This document shows, piece by piece, positions 17,606 to 27,749 of a stretch of DNA of 64,000 nucleotides. How positions within the stretch are numbered: the stretch's first letter is position 1; each line of letters opens with the position of its first letter. Location: the NCBI GenBank assembly GCA_011389685.1, contig JAABTV010000008.1, positions 2,823 through 66,822 of the forward strand. Reading direction: 5' to 3'. The notes beneath the pieces were generated by a model that searched no databases, was not told where the DNA came from, and saw only the letters and a list, made by a program, of their open reading frames with translations. This DNA is from Paracoccaceae bacterium (GTDB taxonomy: Bacteria > Pseudomonadota > Alphaproteobacteria > Rhodobacterales > Rhodobacteraceae). A program made the position numbers and the translations under genes.

Positions 17606-20047
17606 TCAGCGCGGCTTGGCCCGCAGGGTCGGGTCGGCGCGGGTCGGGTCTTCGGGCCAGGGGTGCCTCGGATAGCGCCCGCGCATGTCCTTGCGCACGT
17701 CGGAATAGGACGAGGCCCAGAAGCCGGGAATGTCGAGCGTGGTCTGCACCGGGCGCCCGGCGGGTGAAAGCAGGGTCACGCGCAGCGGCTGGCCCGCGAC
17801 GGTGGGGTGCGTGGTCTGGCCGAACATCTCTTGCAGGCGCAGGCGGATTTCGGGGTGGTCGCCGGAATAGTCGATCGGCACGCGACGGCCCAGCGGCGTG
17901 GTGAAGGCGGGCGGGGCGATCCGGTCGAGGGTTTGGGTCTGCTCCCAAGTGAGCATGGCACCGAGCGCGCCCAGCATGTCGAAGGATTTCCAGTCCTGCG
18001 CGGTCCTGACCCCGGTGAGATAGGGCAAAAGCCAGTCTTCGAGCGTGGCCAGAAGCGTCGCGTCGTCCATCGCGGGCAGGTCTTCGCCCGCCGTGCGGGC
18101 AAGCGCCACGCGGGCGCGGAAACGCTCGGTGGCGGGGGACGGGAACAGCCCGAGATCGCGGATGCCGTCGCACATGGCGCGGGCCATGGCCTCGTCGGGC
18201 GCGTCCTTCCAGATCCGGTCATCGAGTACGAGCACGCCGAAGCGTTCCTGACGGCGGGCGGTGACACGGCGGTCGCGTTTCGACCATGTGCAGATGTCGT
18301 GCCATGCGATCTGATCGGCGAACAGGGCACGGATCTGCGCCTGGGTGATCGGCAAGGCCTGGCGGATGCGGGCCTCGCGCGGGTTGCCATCGGTGTCGGT
18401 GACGACGAGGAACGGGCTTTGAGCCAACGGATCGTCGTCGGGCAGGACCGCGCCCTTGCCGCCCGACAGGACATGGCGGGGTGCATCGCCCTTGCGCCGC
18501 TGGCCGATGCGGTCGGGATAGGCGAGGGCGGCCATTTCGGCGGGGGTGAAGCCGGAGGCCGAAGTCTTGGCCTGGCGCGCAAGACGCCGCGCTTCGGCGC
18601 TTATGCGGTCGAGTGCGGCGCGGTTGGCATGCCACGGGCGTTCCCGGGTGAAACGCTTGAAATCATTGAGGGCTTCGAGCCGGAGGGTGAGATCGACCGG
18701 TGCGCCCCGGGCCAGCGGGTCGCGGTCGGCCAGAAGCGCGGCGAGCGGGGCCGCGCCGGGGCCGGCCAGCGCCAGCATATGCGCCAGCCGCGGGTGCAGC
18801 GGAAGCGCCGCCAGCGCGCGCCCGTGATCGGTGATCCGGTTGTCGCGGTCGAGCCCGCCCAGCATCCGCAACAGCGCCTGCGCCTCACCATAGGCGCCCG
18901 GGTTGGGTTGGGTGAGGAAGGGCAGATCGGTGGGTGCGGCCCCCCAGAGCGCCAGTTCGAGCGCGAGGCCGGCAAGGTCGGCGCTGGCGATCTCGGGCGG
19001 GGGGAAGGCGGCGAGCGCGCCTTCTTCGCCGCGGGTCCAGAGGCGATAGGCCACGCCCTGCGCGACCCTTCCGGCGCGGCCCGCGCGCTGTTCGGCCTCG
19101 GCTTTCGTGACCCGTTCGGTCACCAGTCGCGACATGCCCGAGGCCGGGTCAAAACGGGCACGGCGGGCGCGCCCCGCGTCGATCACCACGCGGATATCCT
19201 CGATCGTGAGAGAGGTTTCGGCGATGGCGGTGGCCAGCACGATCTTGCGCCCGTTTTCAAGCGGTTCGATAGCAGCGCGCTGGTCCTTGAAGGGCATGGC
19301 GCCGAACAGCGGCCTGAGGGTGCAGCCAGGGGGCAGATTTGGCCGCAACAGCGCCTCGGTGCGGCGGATCTCGCCTTCGCCGGGCAGAAAGACGAGGATC
19401 CCGCCCTCGGTGTCGTGCAGGGCCTCCAGCGTGAGGTCGGCGGTGGCCTCTTCGAGCCGCTGGCGCTTGGGCAGGGGGGTGTCGCGCCAGCGGGTCTCGA
19501 CCGGGAAGCTGCGGCCTTGTGAGGTGACCAGCGGGGCCTGCATGAGATCGGCCACCGGGCCCGCGTCGAGCGTGGCGGACATGGCGATGAGCATCAGGTC
19601 ATCGCGCAGCGCATCGGCAATTTCGAGGCAGAGGGCGAGGCCGAGATCGGCATTGAGGGAGCGTTCGTGAAACTCGTCGAAGATCACCGCGCCGACGCCG
19701 GAAAGCCCCGCGTCGGACTGGATCATCCGGGTCAGGATGCCCTCGGTCACCACCTCGATTCTGGTGTGTTTTCCGCATCTTGCCTCGCCCCTTATGCGAT
19801 AGCCGACGGTTTCGCCCGGAGCCTCGCCCAGGGTCTGGGCCATCCGTTCGGCGGCGGCACGGGCGGCGAGGCGGCGCGGTTCGAGCATGAGGATGCGGCC
19901 CTTTGCCAGCCCTGACTCGCGCAGGGCAAGGGGCACGCGGGTGGTCTTGCCGGCGCCGGGCGGGGCCTGAAGCACGGCGCGGCCATGGTCGCGCAGGGCG
20001 GCGAGGAATGCGGGCAGGGCGTCGTCGATGGGCAGGTCGGATCGCAT
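17606..20047 (-). CDS. hrpB: ATP-dependent RNA helicase HrpB
   Basis: APPGAGKTT, DEFHERS, MSAT, QRAGRAGR, C-terminal RGRYPRHPWPEDP. Confidence 0.96.
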   Translation of the reverse strand: MRSDLPIDDALPAFLAALRDHGRAVLQAPPGAGKTTRVPLALRESGLAKGRILMLEPRRLAARAAAERMAQTLGEAPGETVGYRIRGEARCGKHTRIEVVTEGILTRMIQSDAGLSGVGAVIFDEFHERSLNADLGLALCLEIADALRDDLMLIAMSATLDAGPVADLMQAPLVTSQGRSFPVETRWRDTPLPKRQRLEEATADLTLEALHDTEGGILVFLPGEGEIRRTEALLRPNLPPGCTLRPLFGAMPFKDQRAAIEPLENGRKIVLATAIAETSLTIEDIRVVIDAGRARRARFDPASGMSRLVTERVTKAEAEQRAGRAGRVAQGVAYRLWTRGEEGALAAFPPPEIASADLAGLALELALWGAAPTDLPFLTQPNPGAYGEAQALLRMLGGLDRDNRITDHGRALAALPLHPRLAHMLALAGPGAAPLAALLADRDPLARGAPVDLTLRLEALNDFKRFTRERPWHANRAALDRISAEARRLARQAKTSASGFTPAEMAALAYPDRIGQRRKGDAPRHVLSGGKGAVLPDDDPLAQSPFLVVTDTDGNPREARIRQALPITQAQIRALFADQIAWHDICTWSKRDRRVTARRQERFGVLVLDDRIWKDAPDEAMARAMCDGIRDLGLFPSPATERFRARVALARTAGEDLPAMDDATLLATLEDWLLPYLTGVRTAQDWKSFDMLGALGAMLTWEQTQTLDRIAPPAFTTPLGRRVPIDYSGDHPEIRLRLQEMFGQTTHPTVAGQPLRVTLLSPAGRPVQTTLDIPGFWASSYSDVRKDMRGRYPRHPWPEDPTRADPTLRAKPR

Positions 20048-20146
20048 GGGGGCTTTATGCGGCAGGGTTGGGGCGGCGTCCATGGGGCTCTGGACTTGGG
20101 CGGGCGCTTTGGGCATCAAGGCGGGCGAAACGCCGAAGGGGGGCCA

Positions 20147-21124
20147 ATGGATATCGAGGCAATTGCAGCGCGAATCGCCGACGGGGACCGCCGGGCGCTG
20201 GCCCGGGCGATCACCCTGGTCGAAAGCGGCCGCGAGGATCACCGCGCCCAGGCGAGCGCATTGCTTGAAACGCTCAAGGGACTGAAAAGACAGGCCATCC
20301 GCATCGGTCTTTCGGGCACGCCGGGGGTTGGAAAGTCGACCTTCATCGAGGCGTTCGGCTGTGCTCTGATCGGGCGCGGCCTCAGGGTTGCGGTGCTGGC
20401 GGTCGATCCCTCCTCGGCGCGCTCGGGCGGGTCGATCCTGGGCGACAAGACACGGATGGAGCGGCTGTCGCGCGAGCCCGGCGCCTTTATCCGCCCCTCG
20501 CCGGCGCAAAGCCAGTTGGGCGGGGTCGCGCGGCGCACCCGCGAGGCGGTCGCGCTGTGCGAGGCGGCGGGGTTCGACGTGGTGCTGATCGAGACGGTGG
20601 GGGTCGGGCAATCCGAGACGGTTGTCGCGGAAATGTCTGATTTGTTTGTGCTTTTGCTGGCTCCGGCGGGGGGTGACGAGTTGCAGGGCGTCAAGCGCGG
20701 GATCATGGAAATGGCCGATCTGATCCTTGTCAACAAGGCCGATGGCGATCTCAAACCCGCCGCCACGCGCACCTGTGCCGATTACTCCGGCGCGCTGAAA
20801 CTGTTGCGCAAACGGCCTCAGGACCCGGAGGGCTTTCCCAAGGCGATGATGGTTTCGGCGCTGGAGGAGGCGGGGCTGGAAAAGGCCTGGGAGGAGATGC
20901 AGGCGCTGATCAAGTGGCGCAAGGAGAACGGGTTTTACGATGCGACCCGCGCCGGGCAGGCGCGTTTCTGGTTCAACGAGGAGGTCCGCCAGGGGCTCCT
21001 GCGCCAGCTTGAGACCGGGGCGGCGAAACAGGTGATGGAGCGGCTGGGCGCCGAGGTGGCGCGGGGCGAGATCACCCCGTCACAGGCCGCCCGCACGGCG
21101 CTGGCCCGAATCGCCGAAAGGTGA
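20147..21124 (+). CDS. meaB: Methylmalonyl-CoA mutase-associated GTPase MeaB
   Basis: GTPGVGKST, AVDPSS..SGGSILGDKTRM, ETVGVGQSE, NKAD. Confidence 0.95.
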   Translation: MDIEAIAARIADGDRRALARAITLVESGREDHRAQASALLETLKGLKRQAIRIGLSGTPGVGKSTFIEAFGCALIGRGLRVAVLAVDPSSARSGGSILGDKTRMERLSREPGAFIRPSPAQSQLGGVARRTREAVALCEAAGFDVVLIETVGVGQSETVVAEMSDLFVLLLAPAGGDELQGVKRGIMEMADLILVNKADGDLKPAATRTCADYSGALKLLRKRPQDPEGFPKAMMVSALEEAGLEKAWEEMQALIKWRKENGFYDATRAGQARFWFNEEVRQGLLRQLETGAAKQVMERLGAEVARGEITPSQAARTALARIAER

Positions 21125-21151
21125 AGATTTCCCGAAGGCGGCGTGCCGCCG

Positions 21152-21272
21152 GGTTAACGCGTCGAAGGGGCGGACATTCCGGGGGGTGACATCCGGCTGC
21201 GCCCCGGCTGCCATCCGTGCACCGCCGCGTCGCGGTGAAACCGTTGCGTCGCAAGGTTAACGCGGCGCGCGG
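21152..21272. repeat. Dispersed ~120-bp intergenic element, copy B
   Basis: Homologous to 11891-12009; the GGTTAAC ends are 103 bp apart here and 101 bp apart in copy A. Confidence 0.75.
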
Positions 21273-21425
21273 TGGCGTGCCCTGTGCGCGCCGGATTGAA
21301 GGCGGGGCGAAACGGTGCGACGCTGATGGCACGGGTGAGGCGGGCCGAGCGAAGCGCGGCCCCGCCCCACCCCGGGCGCCGGCGCAGCCGGTGCGCACGC
21401 TGACCGCGGGCGAGGAGAGACCGGC

Positions 21426-21899
21426 ATGAGCGAGGCGCATGATTTCGAGGCAAGGATCGTCTGGACCGGCAACCGGGGAACCGGCACGTCGGATTACCGG
21501 GCCTTCACGCGCGACTGGGAGGTTCGCACCCCGGGCAAGCCGGCGATCGCCTGTTCCAACGATCCCCGGCTGGGCGGCGATCCGGGGTTGCACAATCCCG
21601 AGGACATGCTGATCGCGGCGCTCTCGGCCTGTCACATGTTGTGGTATCTGCATCTGGCGAGCGAGGCCGGCGTGGTGGTTCTGGCCTATGAAGATGCGCC
21701 GCTGGGCCATGGTGAAAGCGCGCCATCGGGGGCGGGGCGGTTCACCGGGGCCACGCTGCGCCCGCGGATCACGGTGGCGCCGGGCACCGACCTCGAACGG
21801 GCCGATGCGATCCATCACGAGATCGGCAAGGTCTGTTTCATCGCCCGCTCGGTGGCGTTTCCGGTGACGCATGAGGCGCGTTACGAGATCGGGGGCTGA
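21426..21899 (+). CDS. OsmC/Ohr family protein
   Basis: NPEDMLIAALSACHMLWYL and CFIARSV with two conserved Cys; GAGGAGA RBS. Confidence 0.9.
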   Translation: MSEAHDFEARIVWTGNRGTGTSDYRAFTRDWEVRTPGKPAIACSNDPRLGGDPGLHNPEDMLIAALSACHMLWYLHLASEAGVVVLAYEDAPLGHGESAPSGAGRFTGATLRPRITVAPGTDLERADAIHHEIGKVCFIARSVAFPVTHEARYEIGG

Positions 21900-21946
21900 G
21901 CAGCCGGGGCTTGCCCATCGGCGGGCTTGGCCCTAGGGGTAGCGCC

Positions 21947-22759
21947 ATGAAACTGCTTTTTCTGGGTGATGTGATGGGCCGGGCCGGGCGGGCCGCCATC
22001 AGCGAGCGGCTGCCACGGCTGCGCGAGGACTGGGGCCTCGATTTCGTGGTGGTCAATGGCGAGAACGCGACCAATGGCGCGGGTCTTTCGGGCGAACATG
22101 CGAAGCTGTTGCTGGAGGCCGGGGCGGATTGCGTGACGCTGGGCGATCATGCCTTCGATCAGAAGGACATGCTGCAATTCGTGGAATCCGAGCCACGCAT
22201 CATCCGGCCGGTCAATTTCGCCAAGGCCGCGCCGGGCAAGGGCGCGCGGGTCTTCGAGGCGACGCGCGGGCGCAAGGTTCTGGTGGCGCAGGTGCTGGGG
22301 CAGGTGTTCATGAAGCGTGCCTTTGACGATCCGTTTTCGCAGATCGAGACCGTGCTCAAGGCGCATCCGCTGGGCGGCGCGGTGCAGGCGGTGATCGTCG
22401 ATGTGCATTGCGAGGCCACCTCCGAGAAGATGGCGATGGGCCATTGGTGCGACGGGCGGGCGAGCCTCGTGGTGGGCACGCATACCCATGTGCCGACTGC
22501 CGATGCGCAGATCCTGCCAAAGGGCACGGCCTATCAGTCGGATGCGGGGATGTGTGGCGATTACCTAAGCGTGATCGGCATGGACCCGGCCGAACCGATG
22601 CGCCGTTTCGTCACCGGCATGGGCAAGACCCGGTTCACCCCCGCCCTGGGCGAGGCGACCCTGTCGGGGGTCTATGTCGAAACCGACGATCGCACCGGGC
22701 GGGCCACGCGCGTCGAGATGGTGCGCCTGGGCGGGCGGCTGGCCCCGGCGGGGCCTTGA
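21947..22759 (+). CDS. YmdB-like (TIGR00282-type) metallophosphoesterase
   Basis: LFLGDVMG, NGEN, HCEATSEK, VGTHTHVPT, DAGMCG. Confidence 0.93.
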   Translation: MKLLFLGDVMGRAGRAAISERLPRLREDWGLDFVVVNGENATNGAGLSGEHAKLLLEAGADCVTLGDHAFDQKDMLQFVESEPRIIRPVNFAKAAPGKGARVFEATRGRKVLVAQVLGQVFMKRAFDDPFSQIETVLKAHPLGGAVQAVIVDVHCEATSEKMAMGHWCDGRASLVVGTHTHVPTADAQILPKGTAYQSDAGMCGDYLSVIGMDPAEPMRRFVTGMGKTRFTPALGEATLSGVYVETDDRTGRATRVEMVRLGGRLAPAGP

Positions 22760-22905
22760 CGCCGTCTTCGACAATCGGGCGGGCCGGCCTCGCGGGGCTT
22801 TGCGCCTGATGCGGCGCGGGATTGTTCCCGCTCGGGGCGGGCGCTATTGAGGCATGATACCCGCCCCCTTGTCCGCAGGGCGGCAGATCAGGCGAGGCAG
22901 TGGCC

Positions 22906-24687
22906 ATGATGCAGGTTTTCGCGTTTTCCCAGACCGGTGAGGCGGTTGTCACGCTGGCCGTGGTGGTGGCGATGTTCGCGCTGTTCCTGCGCGAAAGCTA
23001 TCCCACCGAGGTGGTGGCGATCGGCGGGGTCGCGGTTCTGCTGGTGCTGGGGGTGCTGCCCTATGAGGGCGCGATCGAGGTCCTGTCGAACCCGGCGCCC
23101 TGGACCATCGCGGCGATGTTCATCGTGATGGGGGCATTGGTGCGCACCGGGGCGCTCGATGCGTTCACAAGCCTTGCCGACCGCAAGGCGCGGACCAGCC
23201 CGCGACTGGCCATCGGGTTGCTGATGGGGTTCGTCGTGCTGGCCAGCGCGGTGGTGTCGAACACGCCGGTGGTGGTGGTGATGATCCCGGTTTTCGTGCA
23301 ACTGTCGCGCTCGCTGGGGATTTCCGCCTCGAAACTGCTCATCCCGCTGAGCTATGCGGCGATCCTTGGCGGCACGCTGACATTGATCGGCACGTCCACC
23401 AACCTGCTTGTGGACGGGGTGGCGCGGGCGCAGGGGATGGCGCCGTTCACGATCTTCGAGGTGACGCCGCTGGCCGCGATCCTGGTGGCCTGGGGGATGA
23501 TCTATCTGCGCTTCATCGGCCCGCTGCTGTTGCCCGAGCGCGACAGCATGGCGACGCTGCTCTCGGACCGGTCGCGGATGAAGTTCTTTACCGAGGCGGT
23601 GATCCCGCCCGAAAGCAACCTCATCGGCCGCGAGGTGAGCGGGGTGCAGCTTTTCAAGCGCGAGGGGGTGCGGCTCATCGACGTGATCCGCGGCGATGCC
23701 TCGCTGCGCCGCAACCTCGAAGGGGTCACGTTGCAGGTCGGCGACCGGGTGGTTCTGCGCACGCGCATGGCCGAGCTTCTGAGCCTGCAGCGCAACAAGG
23801 AGCTCAAGCGGGTGGACCAGGTGAGCGCGGTCGAGACCACCACGGTCGAGGTTCTGATCACGCCGGGCTGCAAGATGGTGGGGCGCAGCCTTGGCAAGCT
23901 CAGGCTGCGCCGGCGTTACGGGGTCTATCCGCTGGCGGTGCATCGCAAGAACCAGAATATCGGGCGTCAGCTTGACGATCTGGTGGTGCGGGTGGGCGAC
24001 ACGCTGCTGCTGGAAGGCGCGCCCGAGGATATTCACCGGCTGGCCGCTGACATGGAGCTTGTCGATGTCTCGCACCCTTCGGTGCGGGCGTTCCGGCGCG
24101 GTCACGCGCCGGTGGCGGTGCTGGCGCTTCTGTCCATCGTGGGGCTGGCGGCGCTGGGCGTGGCACCGATCTTCCTGCTGGCGGTGCTGGCGGTGGCGGT
24201 GGTGCTTCTGAGCCGCTGCATCGACGCGGACGAGGCGTTTTCCTTCATCGACGGGCGGCTTCTGGCGCTGATCTTCTCGATGCTGGCGATCGGGGTGGCG
24301 CTGGAAAGCTCGGGCGCGGTGCAGATGATCGTGAACGCGGTGGCGCCGATGCTGTCGCTGTTGCCCGCGGCGCTGATGATCTGGGCGATCTACCTGTTGA
24401 CCAGCCTGCTGACCGAGATGGTCAGCAACAACGCGGTGGCGGTGGTCATCACGCCGATCGCCATCGGCCTGGCCGAGGCGATGGGGGTCGATGCGCGGCC
24501 CTTTGTGGTGGCGGTGATGGTGGCGGCGAGCGCGGCCTTTGCCACGCCGATCGGATACCAGACCAACACGCTGGTCTACGGACCCGGCGGATACAAGTTC
24601 ACCGATTTCCTGAAGGTGGGCGTTCCACTCAACCTGTCGGTGGGGCTTCTGGCAAGCGCGGTCATTCCGTTCATCTGGCCGTTGTGA
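22906..24687 (+). CDS. SLC13/CitMHS-type permease with two TrkA-C domains
   Basis: SNTPVV, TLIGTSTNLLV, SNNA, TPIGYQTNTLVYGPGGYKF; start could be GTG 22900. Confidence 0.9.
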   Translation: MMQVFAFSQTGEAVVTLAVVVAMFALFLRESYPTEVVAIGGVAVLLVLGVLPYEGAIEVLSNPAPWTIAAMFIVMGALVRTGALDAFTSLADRKARTSPRLAIGLLMGFVVLASAVVSNTPVVVVMIPVFVQLSRSLGISASKLLIPLSYAAILGGTLTLIGTSTNLLVDGVARAQGMAPFTIFEVTPLAAILVAWGMIYLRFIGPLLLPERDSMATLLSDRSRMKFFTEAVIPPESNLIGREVSGVQLFKREGVRLIDVIRGDASLRRNLEGVTLQVGDRVVLRTRMAELLSLQRNKELKRVDQVSAVETTTVEVLITPGCKMVGRSLGKLRLRRRYGVYPLAVHRKNQNIGRQLDDLVVRVGDTLLLEGAPEDIHRLAADMELVDVSHPSVRAFRRGHAPVAVLALLSIVGLAALGVAPIFLLAVLAVAVVLLSRCIDADEAFSFIDGRLLALIFSMLAIGVALESSGAVQMIVNAVAPMLSLLPAALMIWAIYLLTSLLTEMVSNNAVAVVITPIAIGLAEAMGVDARPFVVAVMVAASAAFATPIGYQTNTLVYGPGGYKFTDFLKVGVPLNLSVGLLASAVIPFIWPL

Positions 24688-24700
24688 GGCCGGAACAGGC
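24601..24700 (+). repeat. 100-bp direct repeat, copy 1 (3' end of the SLC13 gene)
   Basis: 90/100 identical to 25401-25500 by manual alignment. Confidence 0.95.
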
Positions 24701-24779
24701 CGCCTTGATCGCGGTGCGGGTTTTGATGTCCGGTCCGTTCCGGGCTACGGGGCAGCAAGTCGGAACATGGAGCGATGCC

Positions 24780-25400
24780 ATGATCACCGAGATCGAGGAC
24801 TATTTTGCGAAAGGGTGCGGACGTTGCGCGCGGTTTGCAACGCCGGATTGCTCGACCCGGAAATGGGCCGATGGCCTTGACGATCTGCGCCGGATTTGCC
24901 TTGAAGCCGGGCTTGTCGAGACCGTGAAATGGGGGCATCCATGCTATATGCATGCGGGCCGGAACATCGCGATCATCGGTGCATTCCGGGGCGATTTCCG
25001 CATCAGTTTCTTCAACGCGGCACTGATGAAAGACCCCGAGGGCGTGCTTGAGAAGCAGGGGCCGAATGCCCGGCATCCCGGCATGATCCGTTTTGGGGGC
25101 AATTCGCAGGTGACACGGAACGCGCCGGTCATCCTGTCCTATTTGCAGGAAGCGATGGGCTATGCCGAGGCGGGGATGAAGCCGCCGAAGGAGGAAACCA
25201 AGATCGAACTGCCGGTCGAATTGGTGGATGCCCTTGATGCCGACCCCGAACTGGCCGAGGCTTTTCACAACCTGACCCCGGGGCGGCAGAAAAGCTATGT
25301 GATCAATCTCAACGCGGCAAAGAAGTCCGCGACGCGGATGTCTCGCATCGCCAGGTTTCGCGGCAGGATCCTGGCGGGAAAGGGCGCAAACGAGCGGTGA
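24780..25400 (+). CDS. DUF1801 / YdeI-OmpD-associated family protein
   Basis: ETVKWGHPCY, AEAFHNLTPGRQKSY, ILAGKG. Confidence 0.85.
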   Translation: MITEIEDYFAKGCGRCARFATPDCSTRKWADGLDDLRRICLEAGLVETVKWGHPCYMHAGRNIAIIGAFRGDFRISFFNAALMKDPEGVLEKQGPNARHPGMIRFGGNSQVTRNAPVILSYLQEAMGYAEAGMKPPKEETKIELPVELVDALDADPELAEAFHNLTPGRQKSYVINLNAAKKSATRMSRIARFRGRILAGKGANER

Positions 25401-25500
25401 ACCGATTTCATGCCGGTGGGCGTTCCGCTCAACCTGTCGGTGGGGATGCTGGCGAGTGCGGTCATCCCGTTGATCTGGCCGTTGTGAGGCCGGAACAGGC
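25401..25500 (+). repeat. 100-bp direct repeat, copy 2 (orphaned SLC13 C-terminus)
   Basis: Translates TDFMPVGVPLNLSVGMLASAVIPLIWPL* versus TDFLKVGVPLNLSVGLLASAVIPFIWPL*. Confidence 0.95.
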
Positions 25501-25555
25501 ATCCGGAATGAGAGATTTTGTTGACATCGGCCATGTTTGCCGAAAGCCTCTTTCC

Positions 25556-26368
25556 ATGGATAGTCATAGCCTTTTGTATTTTGGCAATTCTGATCAACAA
25601 CGCCTTCAGATGCGTGCCCATGATCTCTGGAAATTGCTCAGGCACATGCCCGAATACGCATGCCACGGTCGTGTGGTCGGGTTGGCGCATTACACGGAGC
25701 AGAACCTCGAACAACACATTGCGCTCGCTCGTCTGCAAGGTGTTGGGCCAGTGGACGGGATGCCGCGAGAACACCTTGCGGCGCGCCTTGCTGCCCTGGA
25801 GGGTGCTGGCTTGATTGCCGATGTCTACGACCACTGGGAGGGGTCCAGGGCCACGTTCGAAGCCGCCGACAGAATGCTTGCCACACGCGCCCTGCCTGTT
25901 GATCTCGCTCTTCGTGAGGTGGGTCCGGACACTTCGACCGAAGACCTGAACAGTCTCGACAGTCTCACTCAGAGCTGTGATGTGTTGCTTCCGATGGGGA
26001 CTTTCCTGCGCGGTTTCGAGCGGCCGAGCGTCTTCCTTTACGCGAAAGACCCGGAAGGGCAGGTTGTCGGGGCTGCGGCCGCCGTCGCGCAGTTCCACGA
26101 TGCCCACCCGAAAAAGGGGATGGTCTGGTGGGGCATGCTTTCGACGCATGCCAGTCGGCGCGGAGAGGGCATCGCCCTCACGTTGGGCGCAATGGTATTG
26201 CGCGAGGTGCGGCAACGGCTGGGATATTCGGAGTGTTTCACCGGAATTCGAGCCGGCAATTCGCCTTCGGAGGCGCTTTGTTCGAAGCTGGCATTATCTC
26301 GAACCGACACCGTGGACTTGCTCGCGATCAATCCGGACTGTTTTGGCGGCGGCCAAATGACGAAGTGA
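25556..26368 (+). CDS. Probable GNAT-domain N-acetyltransferase
   Basis: C-terminal WWGMLSTHASRRGEGIA (motif A-like) and GNSPSEALCSKL (motif B-like); start uncertain. Confidence 0.65.
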   Translation: MDSHSLLYFGNSDQQRLQMRAHDLWKLLRHMPEYACHGRVVGLAHYTEQNLEQHIALARLQGVGPVDGMPREHLAARLAALEGAGLIADVYDHWEGSRATFEAADRMLATRALPVDLALREVGPDTSTEDLNSLDSLTQSCDVLLPMGTFLRGFERPSVFLYAKDPEGQVVGAAAAVAQFHDAHPKKGMVWWGMLSTHASRRGEGIALTLGAMVLREVRQRLGYSECFTGIRAGNSPSEALCSKLALSRTDTVDLLAINPDCFGGGQMTK

Positions 26369-26771
26369 TCGGGTTGCGTCGGCCTCTTGCGCTGCCTGGC
26401 CTTTGAGCGGCAGTTCACGATGGTCCGCAAGGTCCGCAAGACAGCCATTCGGCAAGGTTATTCTGCCGGGAACAGAGGCTTGGACGCCCGCTTTGGACGC
26501 CCGCGCGGTCACGCCGGGCCCCGGTTGTGGCACGTCGGGCGGGCGCAGCCCGCCGGTTGGTTGTTGACCGATTCTCATTTGATGCAACACGCACAAGGAA
26601 GGATTTGGACACAGGCCCGAACGTACCTTGAATTCCGCTGTCCAGACGTTCCTGAATTGCGTGCAAATTCAAAACAATCCCGGCAAATTCCGACAATTGA
26701 ACATAGCCCCGCCTCACGTTGGTCACATTTTGAGATCACCTCTGAAGAACTTTGCAGCGAAGGGTGTTTAC

Positions 26772-27749
26772 ATGGAGATGAACTGGTTTGCCGGGGTCTT
26801 TTCCGAAGTCTTCAATGTTCTTGCCGGTCCGCTGACGCGGCTTTGGCCGATCTACCTGATGTTCACGCTTGTGATCTGTTTCGCGATCTTTCGCGCGCGG
26901 AGAATCGAGGGGTCGTTTCTGGGCTGGCTGATGCCGAGATCCATATATCTGCACTCCTCGCATATCGTTGATCTCAAGGTTTTCCTCGTAAACCGGTCCA
27001 TCGCCGCATTGGGACTGATAAACCTTATCTTTTTCAATGCACTGGTGGCGCAATGGATCGGGGGATCCTTTGCCGGCGGACTGGGTCTTGCGCCGCTGCA
27101 CCCGGTCCTCATTTCGGCCTTGCTTCTCGTGGTCAGCGATTTCGGCACTTACTGGGTGCACCGGGTGCATCACGAAAGCCCGATTTTCTGGCCGTTTCAT
27201 TCGCTGCACCATTCCGCCGAGGTGATGACGCCCGTCACGGTCTATCGCAAGCACCCGGTGTATGATGTCGTCTCGAGCCTGGTCCGCGGCCTTTTTATCG
27301 GGATATTGCAAGGTGTTTTCATCGGCCTGTTTGCCGATGATGTGTCGTTGTATACACTGATCGGAGTGAACGCGGGTTATGTCCTGTTCAATATGGCCGG
27401 GTCGAACCTGCGCCATACCCACGTCTGGTTGGGCTATGGCCGCGTGGTCGAGCATATCCTGATCTCGCCGGCGCAGCATCAGATTCACCATTCGCTCGCG
27501 CCCGAGCATCACAACAAGAATTATGGCGAGGTGCTTGCCCTGTGGGACTGGATGTTCGGCACGCTCTACGTTCCGCGAAAACGGATCGAGCTACAATTCG
27601 GGCTGGCTGACGCTAAGGGAAACCGGGTGCGCCAACGCCATGACAGCCTGACTGCGGCGATGGTCGTGCCAATGCAGGACAGTTGGAAACAGATCAAGCG
27701 GCGCCTGCGGCGCCGGGCATCCAAATCCGACGTGACACCAGCAGAATGA
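26772..27749 (+). CDS. Sterol desaturase / fatty acid hydroxylase superfamily protein
   Basis: His boxes HRVHH, HSLHHS, HQIHHS; NYG...WDWMFGT. Confidence 0.9.
   Translation: MEMNWFAGVFSEVFNVLAGPLTRLWPIYLMFTLVICFAIFRARRIEGSFLGWLMPRSIYLHSSHIVDLKVFLVNRSIAALGLINLIFFNALVAQWIGGSFAGGLGLAPLHPVLISALLLVVSDFGTYWVHRVHHESPIFWPFHSLHHSAEVMTPVTVYRKHPVYDVVSSLVRGLFIGILQGVFIGLFADDVSLYTLIGVNAGYVLFNMAGSNLRHTHVWLGYGRVVEHILISPAQHQIHHSLAPEHHNKNYGEVLALWDWMFGTLYVPRKRIELQFGLADAKGNRVRQRHDSLTAAMVVPMQDSWKQIKRRLRRRASKSDVTPAE

Noticed and set aside
25397-25555. N-terminal extension of the GNAT-like ORF
   Set aside because: It consists largely of the duplicated SLC13 3' end read out of frame plus a TTGACA-containing promoter-like region
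26369-26771. ~400-bp gap as a possible ncRNA or small gene
   Set aside because: No convincing structure, terminator or coding signal; most likely the promoter region of the desaturase operon
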